Below, piece after piece: positions 1 to 13,268 of a stretch of 64,000 nt of DNA (the first letter of the stretch is position 1; each line of letters begins with the position of its first letter). The translations under genes and the position numbers were made by a program. Below the pieces are notes generated by a model, which saw only the letters and a list, made by a program, of their open reading frames with translations, did not search any database and was not told the DNA's origin. The stretch comes from Trichosphaerium sp. ATCC 40318 (lineage: Eukaryota; Protista; Tubulinea), in NCBI GenBank assembly GCA_038496445.1, contig JALMLS010000310.1, forward strand, positions 310,001-374,000, in the 5' to 3' direction.

Positions 1-829
1 TATCCATGATCCACAATCTATTTTTTTTTGGAACTTAATTTTTGTCTAGGGACATGCCTGATATTCAACCTACGAATATAGGCACATTCCTTGCATTTTC
101 TCTTGTTAAAAGAACCAGAAGCAAAAGTATTTCTAATAAGGCAAAGAATGTATGAAGAGAAAACTGACTAAGTCAAAGCTGTATATTAAATTTTTTTTTA
201 GAGCTCTGGCGCACCTATTGTAAGGCCTGTACCTACAGAAAGCATACCACAAAAACCTGATCATACACCACCACCTCCTCCAACCAAATCACCTAAATCA
301 CCGCCTACAGAGTCTGTACAGACACAAGCCAATATAGACTAGATTTATTTTGCAAGGTTTTTTTTTTATCTCCAGAAATAAACTTGCCTTCGCTCACCAC
401 GTACCATTGAAAATAATATTATTTATATTCTTACTTATAGACCATCAAGAAGTTTACCATGTTTATGGCATTAACATTGAAGTAGTTAAACAGAAAGAAC
501 AAAATCTAAGGTTCACTAAGTTTTACAGAGAAGTTAACAGTACTACTCTTGCAGCTTGGGCCTATGTTGGTGCGACCGCAAAAACACGAAGGCCAACATC
601 TACCTGCAAAGCACGTACAAGTTTCAACGATTTTGTGGTAAGAAGACCATATTTGGTAGACTAGTTCCCAAAACGGAATATTCCTAATCCAGAACACAAA
701 CACACCACAATAGCAGCTTATCCCTACACTTATTCACTAGCACTGTACACTAAATATACTATTTGAAGTACGTTTAATCCATTGTTTCGCTTGTTGCGCT
801 CGCTAGGTGTTAATTTTAGTGTTTAGAAC

Positions 830-3800
830 ATGCACAGCACTTCTATCGCTCTTGTTGTTGTACTAGTAGTACTACCACTTTATATCGAGCGCGCTCAAGC
901 TGCTTCAAACGCAAATCCAATAGATGTTCACTCTTGTGATGTCTACAGGGACTGGGGATGTATAGTAGAGGACTGGCAGCTTGTTACAATAAAAAATGAT
1001 GCCGGCGAAATAACCAAACAATACCGAAATAGACGCAACTGCCGTGCTAAACCAGAGCCACCCATGTCTTGGGTTACCAGAACGCGCCGAACAGATTTGT
1101 ACCGTATTTACGCAGGTTCTTCGATAGACAAACAACAACAATCTTATGTGCCTGGAAGCGTAGTGGAAGTTACTCTCTTGGTAACAAAGTACAAGGCAAA
1201 GGTGCGAACTTTGAATTAATTACTACGCAGAACTTCGTTTTTGACTTGATTTATAGTTCCGTGGCCTTCTTATGTACGCTGAGGATGTTAATAAGACACA
1301 TGTCGGAGAATGGAAGTTGTCTAGTGACGCTCCAGGTTCGACAAAATCGGATTTGAAAACCTTTACTAGCAATCATTGTTAAACGTTTAATTAGATTTCT
1401 GGCAGTTACCTTGGGGCTCCAGTTCTTCTTGTAAGCAAAGCGTTATGCATAATAGCGCAGAAATCAAAGCGCTTGAAACAAAATTCACTTTTATTGCTCC
1501 ACCTAAAGGAACTGGAACAATATGGTTCCGTGCTTTAGTAAAGAGCGGTGATGCAAATACTGGAGACTTTTGGTGGCCAAATCCAACCAAAGATTTCTCG
1601 TTAACTGAGTCAAGTGAATCTCTTCAACCTCAAACTTGGGTACAAACTAAGGCACGTGTCAAATTTAAGTGGGAAAAAAAATGGAGTTTCTAATGTAACA
1701 GTGTAGGTTGGACAATCATGTACTGATAAGTGTGCTGAAGATAATCTAGTTTGTGATGTTGTTGAGTTAGAACGTATGAATAGTATCTCACGATTACAAG
1801 AAGAGTTCACAAGCTTCATGTGTAAAAAACCTTTTTTGAGCAACTGCTTGTCAACAGGTGTCTCTCAGGGTTCTAACGGCTTATGTTATTACGATGACAG
1901 TCGTTGCATAGACCAAGGACGCTCTTCAGACAGAGTCAGTTGCGATGCTTCAAGCGACAACGATGTAAACGGGTATGAGTTTAAACAAACACATTTCCTT
2001 GGTTGGAAGCGGCTAACTGGTTTGTAGAATGCGATTCTGTAAATGTGTCGAACCAAAAGCTACACTTGCTCCAATAGAGCCTGAAGAAACCGAACTCCCT
2101 CCAACACCAAAACCAATCCCATTTTCATTCACGCAAGCTTCTCCTGCCTCTAAGCAAACATCATCTTTGTTGCTCCTTTGTTTATGCATCTTTGGTGCTA
2201 AATCGTTCAACGGCGGACATAATACACCAGCTGTCTTTGCTGTGTTCATCTTGATGGCGTTGATGGCGTTCCCAGTCCCTACACAAGGCCATAACTGGAT
2301 GAAGAGTTTAAGTCGACGCTCCTTTGCCAGTACTGAAGCTCCTTGCCCTGCAAAGTTAGATGACACGCCTCATGCCCAAGTCGGACCTGATCAAAAGTTC
2401 GAGCTTGAGTGGACAACCGGACACAAAGGATTCTCATATTTCGCGATAGTACATGAAAAACACGCCGATAAATTGCGCTTGCACGATTCACGAGGAAAGT
2501 TGTTTAAAAAATACTTTGCAGATGCACCAAAAGGAGCTATTTCAACATTAGATGTTTACCATAGACAATACCGAGCTAGGAAGGTTATAGACGGCGAAAA
2601 TGCTCTATATTCTGGTGAGATTATGGAAGGTTCAAGCAAGTTTTTACCTAGACCTGAAGCGTTCGGTACTTGGAGATCAGATGCTAAACTGTTTGGTTAC
2701 AAAGATAATGTACATCCAGATAACTATGCGGAGTATGAGAACCCAAATATGACTTGGATCGAAGCTGTCTTCAGAGCCGATAAAATAATAGACAGGCCTG
2801 CAGATGCTGACGTAGTAAAATTGAAGATACCTGGGAGAGCTGGCACAGGAAATTACATTGTTCAATGGGTCTGGGGAGGATACAGAGATTGTACCGATGT
2901 TTCTTATGTTGATTACCAAGTAGAAAATATCTATGGTACACCATCAGAAGAGCTACACTTCACGTACGTTTTTTCAAGACTTGCAATGACTTTTTTCCCT
3001 AGTATTTTTTCCTCTGCTAACTTTCTTAATTAGCCGTGTTGATCACTGCTACTTTCCAAGAATATACCATGTTCCGGTATGTACACGTGTCTATAATGAT
3101 ATATCCTTTTGTGCACAGTCTTGTCCTGTTGGTAATACTTGCGCTGGTTTTGTTGTAGCACCTCTTCATGTTGATTCTCCATACTTTGAAGAAGCCAATT
3201 TGATACCAGACAAGTGTCTACAGAAGTTCAACTTTTCTAAACCACTCGATGCACCTGCTGAAGAAATATTCGTTTGTTATTCCGTAGTGTCTCATCAACC
3301 ATCAACAACACGCGGAGTTATCCAGAGAGTACAACCTGGTGACCCAGCATACCATTCAACGTGTTTTATGAAAGGAACAGGAAGAACATTCTCAGGATTT
3401 GTTGCACCAACAGAAAACAAAGTTGACTGGCGTCACGGGGATAAGTGTATCGATTGTTATACATTAAAGAAGAACACACCTTCGAAGAGTCTTCCAAAAT
3501 GGCCTCTCACGGATGATTGTCGTAACTGTGATCTAGAGCCATCACTTGAACCGCTTCCAGTTGATAGAACAATGACAAAGACAGATAACAAAACTGTTTG
3601 TGACGGATATAGAGGATACATGAGGAGCGCAAACAGCCATAACTGTAGTACTAAGGAGGAAGCCGCTAAAACATGCGTTAAGACTATAAAGAAGCTTGGT
3701 GGTCATGGCAGAGGAGCTACAATGTACAGAAAGGAGTGTGCGCTCCTAGTAAGCATGGATCCGGAATGTACAGATATAATTATGACTCAAATTGAAGGTA

Positions 3801-3955
3801 CACAAAAGTCTTTAACTTATCTTGGAGAACCTGTTATGCATTGTCACTGTATGACAAATAAGGAATGTTGTCAAGGATGTACTAAGCGCGGAAACAACAA
3901 GGCTGAGATTTGGAAACTTGATCCAGTTGGTGATCACGATGTTGGTATTCAATAA
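830..3955 (+). CDS. Secreted multi-domain protein: signal peptide, Reeler-like domain, Cys-rich module, internal hydrophobic/signal-like segments, His-initiated LPMO-like domain, Cys-rich C-terminus (about 6 exons)
   Basis: N-terminal signal peptide (MHSTSIALVVVLVV...AQA). Reeler-like motifs YVPG..V.V.L, FRGLLMYA and FTFIAPPKGTGTIWFRALVK. ORF fragments join through short introns, e.g. DVNG|MRFCKC across the intron ending at 2027. Internal TQG-HNWM and YIVQWVWGGYRDCTDV. Confidence 0.75.
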
Positions 3956-4072
3956 ACTAAACGCAAGTTCCATTAGACAATTGTCTAACGTTTTTACAAC
4001 TATTTATTGTTCTCCACAGTACGGGAGCGCTGTTTTTATATGCTTCAGTTGGTATGCGTGTATGCCTTTATC

Positions 4073-4718
4073 TCAAGTAGCGGGAGGCTTGTTTTCTTTG
4101 TCATCGTTATCGTTGTCATGGTCACCCTTTACAAGTTTTATCCTAGTTCGTGGTTATTAAGTTTTGTTTTTTTTTATAACTAAGTTGGTACTCTGAGCTG
4201 TTGGGTTCAAATACCCTTGCCGGAAACAATCCTGATTGTGGCTTTCTTCGCAATTCTGCCACCTACTTTCGATTAGCTTATGTCTTTGCTGATTAACTCT
4301 TCGTACTTGGTTAATCACTGCTAGCCAATGTTGCTTGTTTGCCTCCGAGTCGCAGTACAGTGGTACGCCGTTTACAATAAACATCCTGGTGCCTAGATTG
4401 CTCTTGAGAGTTGTAATACTGTTCAAACAGTACCTGCGTTTTCTATTTTCGCTTGAGCGTTGATAGGCACAGTGTGTTCGACAACTCTTTGCTATGCCTT
4501 GTTAACGGCTCATAAATGTATTACTGGTTACCTTCTTTGTTTTGTAGATTGTCAATCTTCCGTTTTGTAGTTTGCCGGTTTGTCTACGTTTTTTACTTGC
4601 AGCTGCCAGTGGTCCGACTAGACACTAACAACTAGTTAAAGACGAAGAACTGATCTCGCAGTACTCCTTGAGCCGTAGGTATGCGTTTCAATTTCTGCTT
4701 TTGTGCATTCTCAGCCAT
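4073..4718 (-). CDS. Small PH-domain protein (5 exons)
   Basis: Spliced translation MAENAQKQKL...GKLQNGRLTIYKTKK|QRVVEHTVPI...MFIVNGVPLYCDSEANKQHWLAVINQ has the PH C-terminal helix with the conserved Trp. It ends ...DDKENKPPAT*. Confidence 0.6.
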
Positions 4719-4853
4719 GGCTTGTCGCAACGGTGAGTAGATAGTTTTGAGAGTAGGTAGTTGCACTTGTTAGCGCCAGTGCGAATTCCAGATTGCCTTA
4801 ACAGCTGGCTTAACGTACCTTTTCAAGAAAGCAAAACGGAGGTGACACCCACT

Positions 4854-7331
4854 ATGTCATTTAGCGTTCCACTTGTTCTAGCGCTTCTTGTAGCTATTGT
4901 GTCAACACAGGTAGCCTTATTAATTCTTTTTTATATTAACAATCTTTTTTTGAAGACAATATTCCCTCAACCGTCTTTCGAGCTCACAGGAGAAACGGTG
5001 AACCAAGTTAGCCCTGATTTGCAAATTGTAGACTCCAGTGGCGTTGGTGAACCGTTAACAGGCGCTATTAAACGTTATGTACGCCCACATCGTCAATTAG
5101 TTCCTTTTGCCTGTTAGGACCTAAAAAGAAAATGCCTTGTACTTATCCAACTCACAACAACGTTAGAACGCCCTCATCTTCTACTTGGGCCAGTTCAGAT
5201 CATCTGGTAGTGCTGATAATGTTATTACAACATTAGAAATAACGGTACAAAACACAAACGCTCCATTAAACTTAAACACAGATGAAAGCTGTACGTACAT
5301 TCGTTTTTTAAAAAAAAACCGTTGTGAATTTTTTCCAGGCTTATTTTTTGATTTTTTGAGCTTCTTTTCACGTGTTACCTACCATCACCATCTCTAATAC
5401 GGTTTAGACACCTTGATAGTATTAGCGAAAACTGCTACCATCGAAGCTGCCACAGTTTACGGCGCTATGCGCGCTTTGGAGAGTTTTTCTCAGCTCGTAC
5501 GTTTTATTTCGTCACAAATGCTTTTTTATTGTACTGTCGCTAATCTTATCCTGCTAAGGTGTACTACAACTCCTCTGTTAGTATGTACACTATCCATGAT
5601 AGCGTAATCAAAGACGAACCAAGATTTAACCACAGAGGCGTTATGATTGACACTTCAAGACACTTTTTGCCTTTGATCACAATAATGCAAATGGTAGATG
5701 CCATGGCATACAGGTACTATAAAGCGTAATAAAAGCCGCTTTTGGAACTGTGTTTTCTTTTCTTTCTCACTTTTTTATCCAGCAAGTTTAACGTGCTTCA
5801 CTGGCATATTGTTGATAGCCAAGCTTTCCCATATGAGAGCAAGGTGTACCCACTGTTGAGCCAAAAAGGAGCATGGAGTCCAAGACACGTTTACAGCATA
5901 CAAGATGTAAAGAGCGTTATTGATTACGCTGCCGCAAGAGGAATCAGGTAAACCTTTTTTTTTTTTGATTCCAACTTTTTTCTACTGGTTGCTAACACTG
6001 GATATCAAACAGAGTTATTCCTGAATTTGATTCCCCTGGTCACACTTTAATATGGGGCAATGGTTACCCTAACTTGTTAACTCCTTGTTACGCTGTACGT
6101 CATTTGATTTTCAAAGGAGAAACTTTGTTCCGCTGGATTTTATCATTTAACTGTTGTTGACTTCTTTTAGAATGGAAAGCCTACTGGCGCTCGCTATGCT
6201 GTTAATCCTATTTCCAATTACTCTTATGAGTTCATGGGCAACCTTTGGAAAGAAATCAGCGAAGTTTTCCCTGATAACTACGTCCACGTTGGCAAGTCAC
6301 TACCTCACGTTTTTTTGTTGTAACTATTTTTTTGTTTGACAAACAAATGTTTAATTAGCTAAATGCTTATACCCTTAATAGGTGGTGATGAAGTCTCCTT
6401 TGGATGTTGGCAAAGCAATCCAGAGATACAAGCGGTACATATTTTGAAGAAAAGCAACTTATTCTTTATTAAGTTTAGCTCACTTCTTTTACTAGTTCAT
6501 GGCAGTAAAAGGATGGACTGATTACGCCCGTTTGGAGCAGTACTACGAAAATACTCTATTAGAGCTAGTAGGAAAGCTGGATAAGGATTATATTGTTTGG
6601 GAGGATGTATTCGATAATGGAGTCAAACTTCTACCTGCCACAGGTATGTCAGCCACTTTTTTCTTGAGGATTTTTTTGTTTGTTGCTTATTTTGATACCT
6701 ATAGTCGTACATGTATGGAAGGGTACATGGCAAGATACTGTCGCAAAATCAACTGCTGCTGGATACAGAACAATCCTGTCACAACCTTGGTATTTGAACT
6801 ACATTTCGTAAGTGATTTTCTTTTTTTAATTGTATTGACTACAGTCTGACTTATTTTTTTTACCAGATACGGTTCTGACTGGAAGACCTATTATAAAGTT
6901 GATCCAGAAGATTTCCAAGGATCAGATAAACAAAAAGAACTTATGTTCGGCGGCGAATGCTGCTTCTGGGGAGGTAATCAAAATGATCTTTCTTTTTCTT
7001 TCTTTTTTTACTTCAAAAAAACAAATTTCTTTACACTCTTATTTCAGAGTACATCGATGACACAAACATTGTATCTCGCGCTTGGGTCCGTGCATCAGCT
7101 ATCGCCGAGAGGTACAAAGTCGACTTTATATTCAGGTAGTTTGCGCTGACGTCGTTTTTTTTCAGACTATGGAGTCCAAAGACTACAACTGATATTAATG
7201 ATGCAGAAGCCAGATTACATACTTTCAGATGCCGTTTACTACAACGTGATATAAATGCAGAAGAACCTAACGGTCCTGGTTTCTGTGAGCACGAGTTCAA
7301 GCCTACCTACAACCCTCCTTGGGAGAAGTAG
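4854..7331 (+). CDS. Lysosomal-type beta-N-acetylhexosaminidase (GH20), multi-exon
   Basis: Signal peptide. Motifs [51 protein letters not shown] (catalytic DE), GGECCFWGE and RCRLLQRDI. Confidence 0.96.
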
Positions 7332-7574
7332 GCCCATTGTGTAACTTAACAATAATAAATATGTTATACCATCAACAAACGAAAGAAACTACCGTCATTA
7401 ACACCGTTCACGGCCATTTTGGCCTTGCTTTTTTGTTTACGATTACATCTATATCAACGAAACTTGCTTCCTCATGTATAGGTGGCGGGTTAAAAAGGAA
7501 ATTTTGATTGAAAAGACAAACTCGAATATCGAAAGGCGTAGTTTATTTCAGAAGGTGGAGGATTAGTCTATCTC

Positions 7575-8615
7575 TCATGGAAGTGTTACACCCTCTACAG
7601 TGTTGATTTCTAATGAAGAAACGCCTGATTGTCTCTCTTCTGGGTCAAAGAAGACACCACCAGCAACACGGAATCCGAAGGTTCTAATCTTTTTGGTGTT
7701 AATATCTTCTGCGTCAGGGACAGGGCGACCTTGTAAATCTATTAGCAAACTGTAGTAAAATCTATATTGTATGTACCTCTTTGGAATGCGATAAAGTCCG
7801 CGAGTGGCAAAAGAACATCTGTGAACTGACCATCGTCGACCAAAGTGAAAAACTGTTGGTATTCAAATTCTTGGTTTTTTGCGAATAAGACAACAGAGAA
7901 TCGACTGCTGTTTCCTTGAGCGCGAAGATTTATTTTCAAGTGAGTGTTGCTGCTTAGGTTCCACCTTACTTTAGTTTGTCTGCTCGCAAATGCGGCGCCG
8001 TCTACAACAAACGTGAGTTTCAAAATCACAGAAAAACATGATTTGATTGATTTTTTCAGAAAATAGAAGTTTGGAGGAATACAGTCGACCGTAGTGTGCG
8101 AAATAGAAAGGAAATAAGCGATAAAAATTTGTTTTAGGCGAGAAAAAAGGAGTGACAAAGATTTAGTTGCTTTTCGAAAAAATCACATGATTGATTTCTA
8201 GCTAACTGCCGCAAAGACGAACAAAACTCGTTTACTTGGTTCCCATTTAAAAAGAGCGAGCTCCATTTGACTTATTTCGCTGGGAGCAAAGTTTTTCAGG
8301 TCGTTGAAACGTACTTGGCTGAGGGTTTAATAGAGCGAAGAATACAGCTCTCTTGAACTGGTCTGCTGTCTGGGTTCCAATAGTAGCGAAGGACAAGCCT
8401 AGAGTAAAGCGTTAACTCAAGAATCCTTTGCAAGTGCTTATCTAGGCGAAACAAAGAGGTGTATACGTACCTACTGATCGTACAGTGTCGCTGACCTCAT
8501 CCCACTTTTTAAGCTTGATGTCGTCGGTGTTAAAGTCGAGTAGCACCGAAGCGTTAACAAAGTGAAATAAGGTGATAGATAAGAGTAAGAAGAATAGAGC
8601 TGAAGATGCGTTCAT
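7575..8615 (-). CDS. Secreted CIA30/NDUFAF1-like carbohydrate-binding-fold protein
   Basis: Signal peptide, then LLDF...WDEVSDTVRSVG, GAAFAS, LRAQG, LPLADF...RGRPV and IRTFGFRVAGG...SLEI, which match the CIA30 family pattern. One intron is about 370 nt. Confidence 0.8.
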
Positions 8616-9010
8616 CGTTGTACTTTTTAGTGATTGACTTTCAGATATTACCTTAATAAGTAAAATGCGACTTAGTTATTTCCTAAAACACCAGGAATTT
8701 GCCTATCAAATCTTCGTTTTACTCCAAATTTGGCCTGAAAAGTTTTCTTGTTGCGAGTTGTAGTCGATTAAATTAGCTCTGGGAGAACGCGGATGTGTTA
8801 ATAGCCTTTATGGAGTACTCCAAAAACTGCATGTCCAGAAAACCTACCTAAAAAGGTAAAAATAATACGTAGTTTTTGTATCATTTTTCTTGACAATCGC
8901 GGCTACTGCTTAAGTTTAAAGTTGTTCTCAAGTGTAAGATACTATCACAGTTTAGCGTACACTAAGTATCATCTTATTATTGAGCCTTAGAGTTGATATT
9001 TGATGGGTTT

Positions 9011-11515
9011 TTAATGTTTATTTTTGTATTTTATGTACAGCTTCCCCAGATGGTGCCATGGTGTTTAGTAGTACTTCTATAAGAATGAAATTAGTATTTA
9101 GTATGAGCCTATGTAAAACAACAATATTGAAACGTACTGGGCGTTGATGGAAAATTCAATGGTTTAACTCCTAAAAATGAACAGCGAAGTGGTAACCCTT
9201 CGGCGTGGCTTGCAATAGTTGCTGCTAAGCTTGGAAGATCTCCCTCCCACCTAACAAATATATTATGTTACCTTTTTAGCCAACCAATAACAACGCACCA
9301 GTAAGGTATAGGAACAAGTGTAATCCCTAAAGAAAACAAAAGAGGTAAGCACAAAAAACTAACAGAAGGGAGCTACCTTTCGATTTACAGTACTGTGCTT
9401 TATCTGAATCTTTTATTGCCTGAGCTACAGAAGATAGAGCATATCTTACGCCATCATCATAATGTTGTTCTCCTTGGTATGAAGTTAGAAGTTGAACAAA
9501 TACTTTTGAGATATTTTGAATGCTCGTAAAAGTGTACTACTGACCTTGATACTCAATAGCGATGTTGTATTCAGGTATGAAAACATCAACAGATAACGGT
9601 GCGCCACCATCTGTGTCGATGTTGATACTCAGTTCTTCAACCACAACTGTATTTGGTAACAACTTGTTTACACAATTTATCAAGTGCCTAAAACAATATT
9701 AATAGTTATGTATGCTAAACAAAAAGTCATTTCACCAAAGGCTGCGTGGCGGAGGGTTGGTAGTAGTATTTGCGTACTGTTGCGTTGACCGTTTATTCAT
9801 CGAAGAGAAGTCACTCCATTTCCATGGAAAATCAGGGTGAAGATGTTGAAGAGCGTTAGGATAAAAACTCCGAACAGAGCGACCATATCGACCACTTGCG
9901 ATATCTGCAATTGAGACACGATACCTTTATATTAGTGAGTTAAGTATACGTTATTAAATAAAGAACAGGTTACTAATTTACCATTGTAATGGGTCACTGA
10001 CATCTAGAGTTTCACCTAACTTTTTGAGGAAGCTAACTTGGTTTGTAATATTCTTCCAGAATCCATAAGGCTTGTAGTCTCTCCTTTCTTCGCCAAAATA
10101 TAGTGGCGACCAGTTGTGCTCTGGATACATAAACTTAAGTGCATTGGGAAGGCGGCTCTTATGTCTATGTACCAAACTCAGTATGCAATAACAAAAGAAG
10201 TCAAATACTTGTTTAAAATAGTGCGAAGACTAAAGAGTTTTTCATGTGTCACTGTGAATTGTGTCCATTGGTCAAACGTGTGAAGGCGCTCTTCTTTACT
10301 GAATGAATCAAACACTATTCTTTGGTTTTCCCTCTCCTTCCAGTAACCGGATGGAACTCTCCTAGGAACAAAGTTAGAAATACACGAAGAAACAAAAAAA
10401 ACAAGAACACGTGTCAGATATCTACCTTCAATGATATATTTTCATTAGTGGCTGTGACAAAATAGAGCATTATGGATACAAGTACACAAGAGTGTAATAC
10501 ATGGTTCTAAGCAGTACGTACCGAAACCTCCAAACATCTATCTTTTTATTTGGATAAAGACTTCTTAATACATCTGACATGGAGCTATTATGATACCTAT
10601 CATCTATGTCAGTACTCCACATACATGCGAATCACAAACACTCTGGAGTGTTACGTGTTCATCGAAAAAAAACTTGTTAGTAAACTTAAAACCGTACTTC
10701 TTCAGGATGCCGTGTCCAAGAGGTTCAAGCAACTCACGCGCAGTTACTTTATACCAGTCATCCCATGTTTTAATGTTTAAGATCTCTGCTGAGTCCTCTA
10801 GGCGCTTGAGGCGGTTGGCTTTGTCTAACCATAATTTTTTAGCAACAAACCTTTTTAAAACGGGTTAGTAAAGAGAACAGTGCATCTTAACGCGTATGAG
10901 CATGTTTTTGCGTGCTTTTCTCTTACGCACCTGAAATTCCATGGTTTCCATTCAAAGTCTGGATAAATAGCGTTTAGTGCTTTTGGAAGAGATCCTTGAT
11001 ACCTACAACGATTAGCGGGTTATTTTAAAAACGTAAACTCTAAAACGCACTTTTGTATTATGTTCAAGCCACCATGTCTTACCACGTCGTCTTTCTTTAT
11101 GTCATACCAATCATCTATCGTTTTGACATCTAAACGTGCTGCTACGTTTTTTTCAAAGTAACTACGCTCGTATACCTTGAATCGCAAGCGTTTTACACTG
11201 TTTGAGCTTAAAAGTTAACATTTACGCTGATTCTCGTCTTAATAGTGGTTATACGTACCCTCGGTTGCTATTATTTCTGTAAGACGCAGCCTTGGCGCTG
11301 CGCATCCATTGGACAGTAAAACTACAAAAAATGTCGAGTTTTCGCCAATTAAAAGTACATTTGGTTAACGAGCCTAAAGCGCAGCCATAGTGTGAAAGCT
11401 CTCGACTACTTTCAACCAATAAGTCATGAAAGCGACAACCAGCAGTAAGAAGCGTCAAGAACTGGAAAGCTAAAATTGCTACAGCATAAAATTACTTTAC
11501 ATTATTTCTCAGCAT
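9011..11515 (-). CDS. Probable mitochondrial protein with tandem helical repeats and a C-terminal PD-(D/E)xK-like (RAP/Vsr-like) domain, many exons
   Basis: Repeated units such as PYGFWKNITNQ..FL..LG...W, SLPKALNAIYPDFEW and LPNALKFMYPEHNW. C-terminal VDVFIPEYNIAIEYQ|GEQHY and GITLVPIPYW. The start MLRNN|FLTLL is uncertain. Confidence 0.7.
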
Positions 11516-11739
11516 CGACTGCTTCCTCAAACATGGAAGAGATAACTTGCTTGGCCTCACCAAGATGTAAATAAAGGTATGAGCAACTCTAGATGGTATC
11601 ACATTGGATAACAAAGTACAAGCATGTTTGTAACACAAAAAAAAGTTTCAATTGCATTTTTAGCTGTTCAATGAAGAGCGGTTAATTTTGCACAACTTTT
11701 ATGCAAAGTTCCCACAACACAATAACAACACAACACAAA

Positions 11740-12786
11740 ATGACTAAAGTAGTGTCGAGCATACAAGAGTTACCTCCAGAGATATTAACAGCTGTTTTGT
11801 GTAGTTTAAGCAGAAAACAACGTATTAAATCTACAGCAGTCTCTCACGTATTTAATAGCATCATTCGTCAAAATATTGGCTTTGATTGTATTAAATTACG
11901 AAAAGCATCAGATTGTAGAGTATTTGAAGGCAGCCCGTTGCTTAAAAACACTAAAATAGTGTGTCGGAACTTGACACTATCTGAAAACGATTTATCTTGT
12001 CTTTTTGGTGTTCACACCATCAATCTCTGGCATGCGGACATTACAGACGCAAGTATACTTGCACTAGTACATTCTAACGAAAGGGGATCAAACGAGGACA
12101 CCTCCATTTACGACATCAACTTGAAACGCACATGCATTACAGATGTTTCTTTGAAAGCACTCAAAGGAGTACATACAATAAACATCAGTATGTGTACAAG
12201 TATTACTGACGATGGATTGAAATCAATAAGCGGAGTACGCTGTATCTATATCGCTGGTTGTGAGCGTATAACTGTTGAGGGTATAAAAGCAATCAAACAT
12301 AATTTGCATACAATTGCTGTTGATTTTCCAACAGACGAATGGCTTGAACATCTTTCCAATGTACATACAGTTAAAATAGATGAATACAATCAAAAGCTTA
12401 CTGTGGAAGGCATAAAAGCACTAAAAAATGTACACAAAATTATATTAAGCCATCCAAAAGATGAATGGCTTACGCACCTTTCCAATGTCCACACAGTATG
12501 CCTATATGAAGACTATTATGGTAGACCAAGCTCACTCTCAGATGATGGAATCATGGCACTAACAAATGTTAAAAGCCTTTCATTATCGTGTTGTCTATCT
12601 GTATCAGCGTCAGGATTGAAGCACTTGGTCAATCTTGAGCATCTTGAAATGTATACTTGTCACCTTACTTATGGCTCATTTTTGAAACACCTTAAATCTC
12701 TTAAATCCATGATAATATCTGATTGTCCTTTGGTGACAAAAGAAGAGATAGAAGAAGCTGAGGCATTGGGAGTTAAATCCGACTAG
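11740..12786 (+). CDS. Intronless F-box + leucine-rich-repeat protein (VHT.I.L-type LRRs)
   Basis: F-box IQELPPEILTAVLCSL...VSHVFNSII. LRRs GVHTINISMCTSITDDGL and NVHTV. An upstream in-frame ATG is also present at 11701. Confidence 0.85.
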   Translation: MTKVVSSIQELPPEILTAVLCSLSRKQRIKSTAVSHVFNSIIRQNIGFDCIKLRKASDCRVFEGSPLLKNTKIVCRNLTLSENDLSCLFGVHTINLWHADITDASILALVHSNERGSNEDTSIYDINLKRTCITDVSLKALKGVHTINISMCTSITDDGLKSISGVRCIYIAGCERITVEGIKAIKHNLHTIAVDFPTDEWLEHLSNVHTVKIDEYNQKLTVEGIKALKNVHKIILSHPKDEWLTHLSNVHTVCLYEDYYGRPSSLSDDGIMALTNVKSLSLSCCLSVSASGLKHLVNLEHLEMYTCHLTYGSFLKHLKSLKSMIISDCPLVTKEEIEEAEALGVKSD

Positions 12787-13268
12787 AAGCCATACACTAA
12801 TACAGTAGAAAAATTAAGTTTAGAATAATGAAGTGTAGAATAAATAAGTCGAATAACTCAGTTGCACCAAAAACTGATTAGTTTGATTTGGAATGCATTA
12901 TACACGTGCGATTGACCTCTTAACCAACTGTTTGTTGTAGATATAAAACAAAAGTCAATAGGAACATAGCGCTCATTTGAAATATCCTTTTGGATGGATC
13001 GCTAAATAAAAATAGAAAGGTTGCTTTAAAACACTATTTAAAAAGCGGGCACTCTTAAGAACAAATGGATTACATGCTCAGGATATATTTTGATAGAATT
13101 TACTATTGTATGACATAACAGTGATGCATGGCTAAGTAGAGTTAACGATTATAATATAGTATGATTCAAATAAGTTTCAGTAGCACTGTTACCAAGCTTT
13201 TTAGTATGGCAATTGTGCCTGTATAAACAAAATACACCTTCTTTATCAAAGAGTTCAAGGGTAGAGAG

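Noticed and set aside
1-750. Pro-rich stretch (about 202-342) and ORF 350-664 as the 3' end of a gene
   Set aside because: I could not build a consistent spliced model or recognise a domain. It may be a truncated or degenerate gene.
5080-5085. Dominant GTACG(T/C) 5' splice-site consensus
   Set aside because: This donor variant is common in fungi and protists and is not unusual alone.
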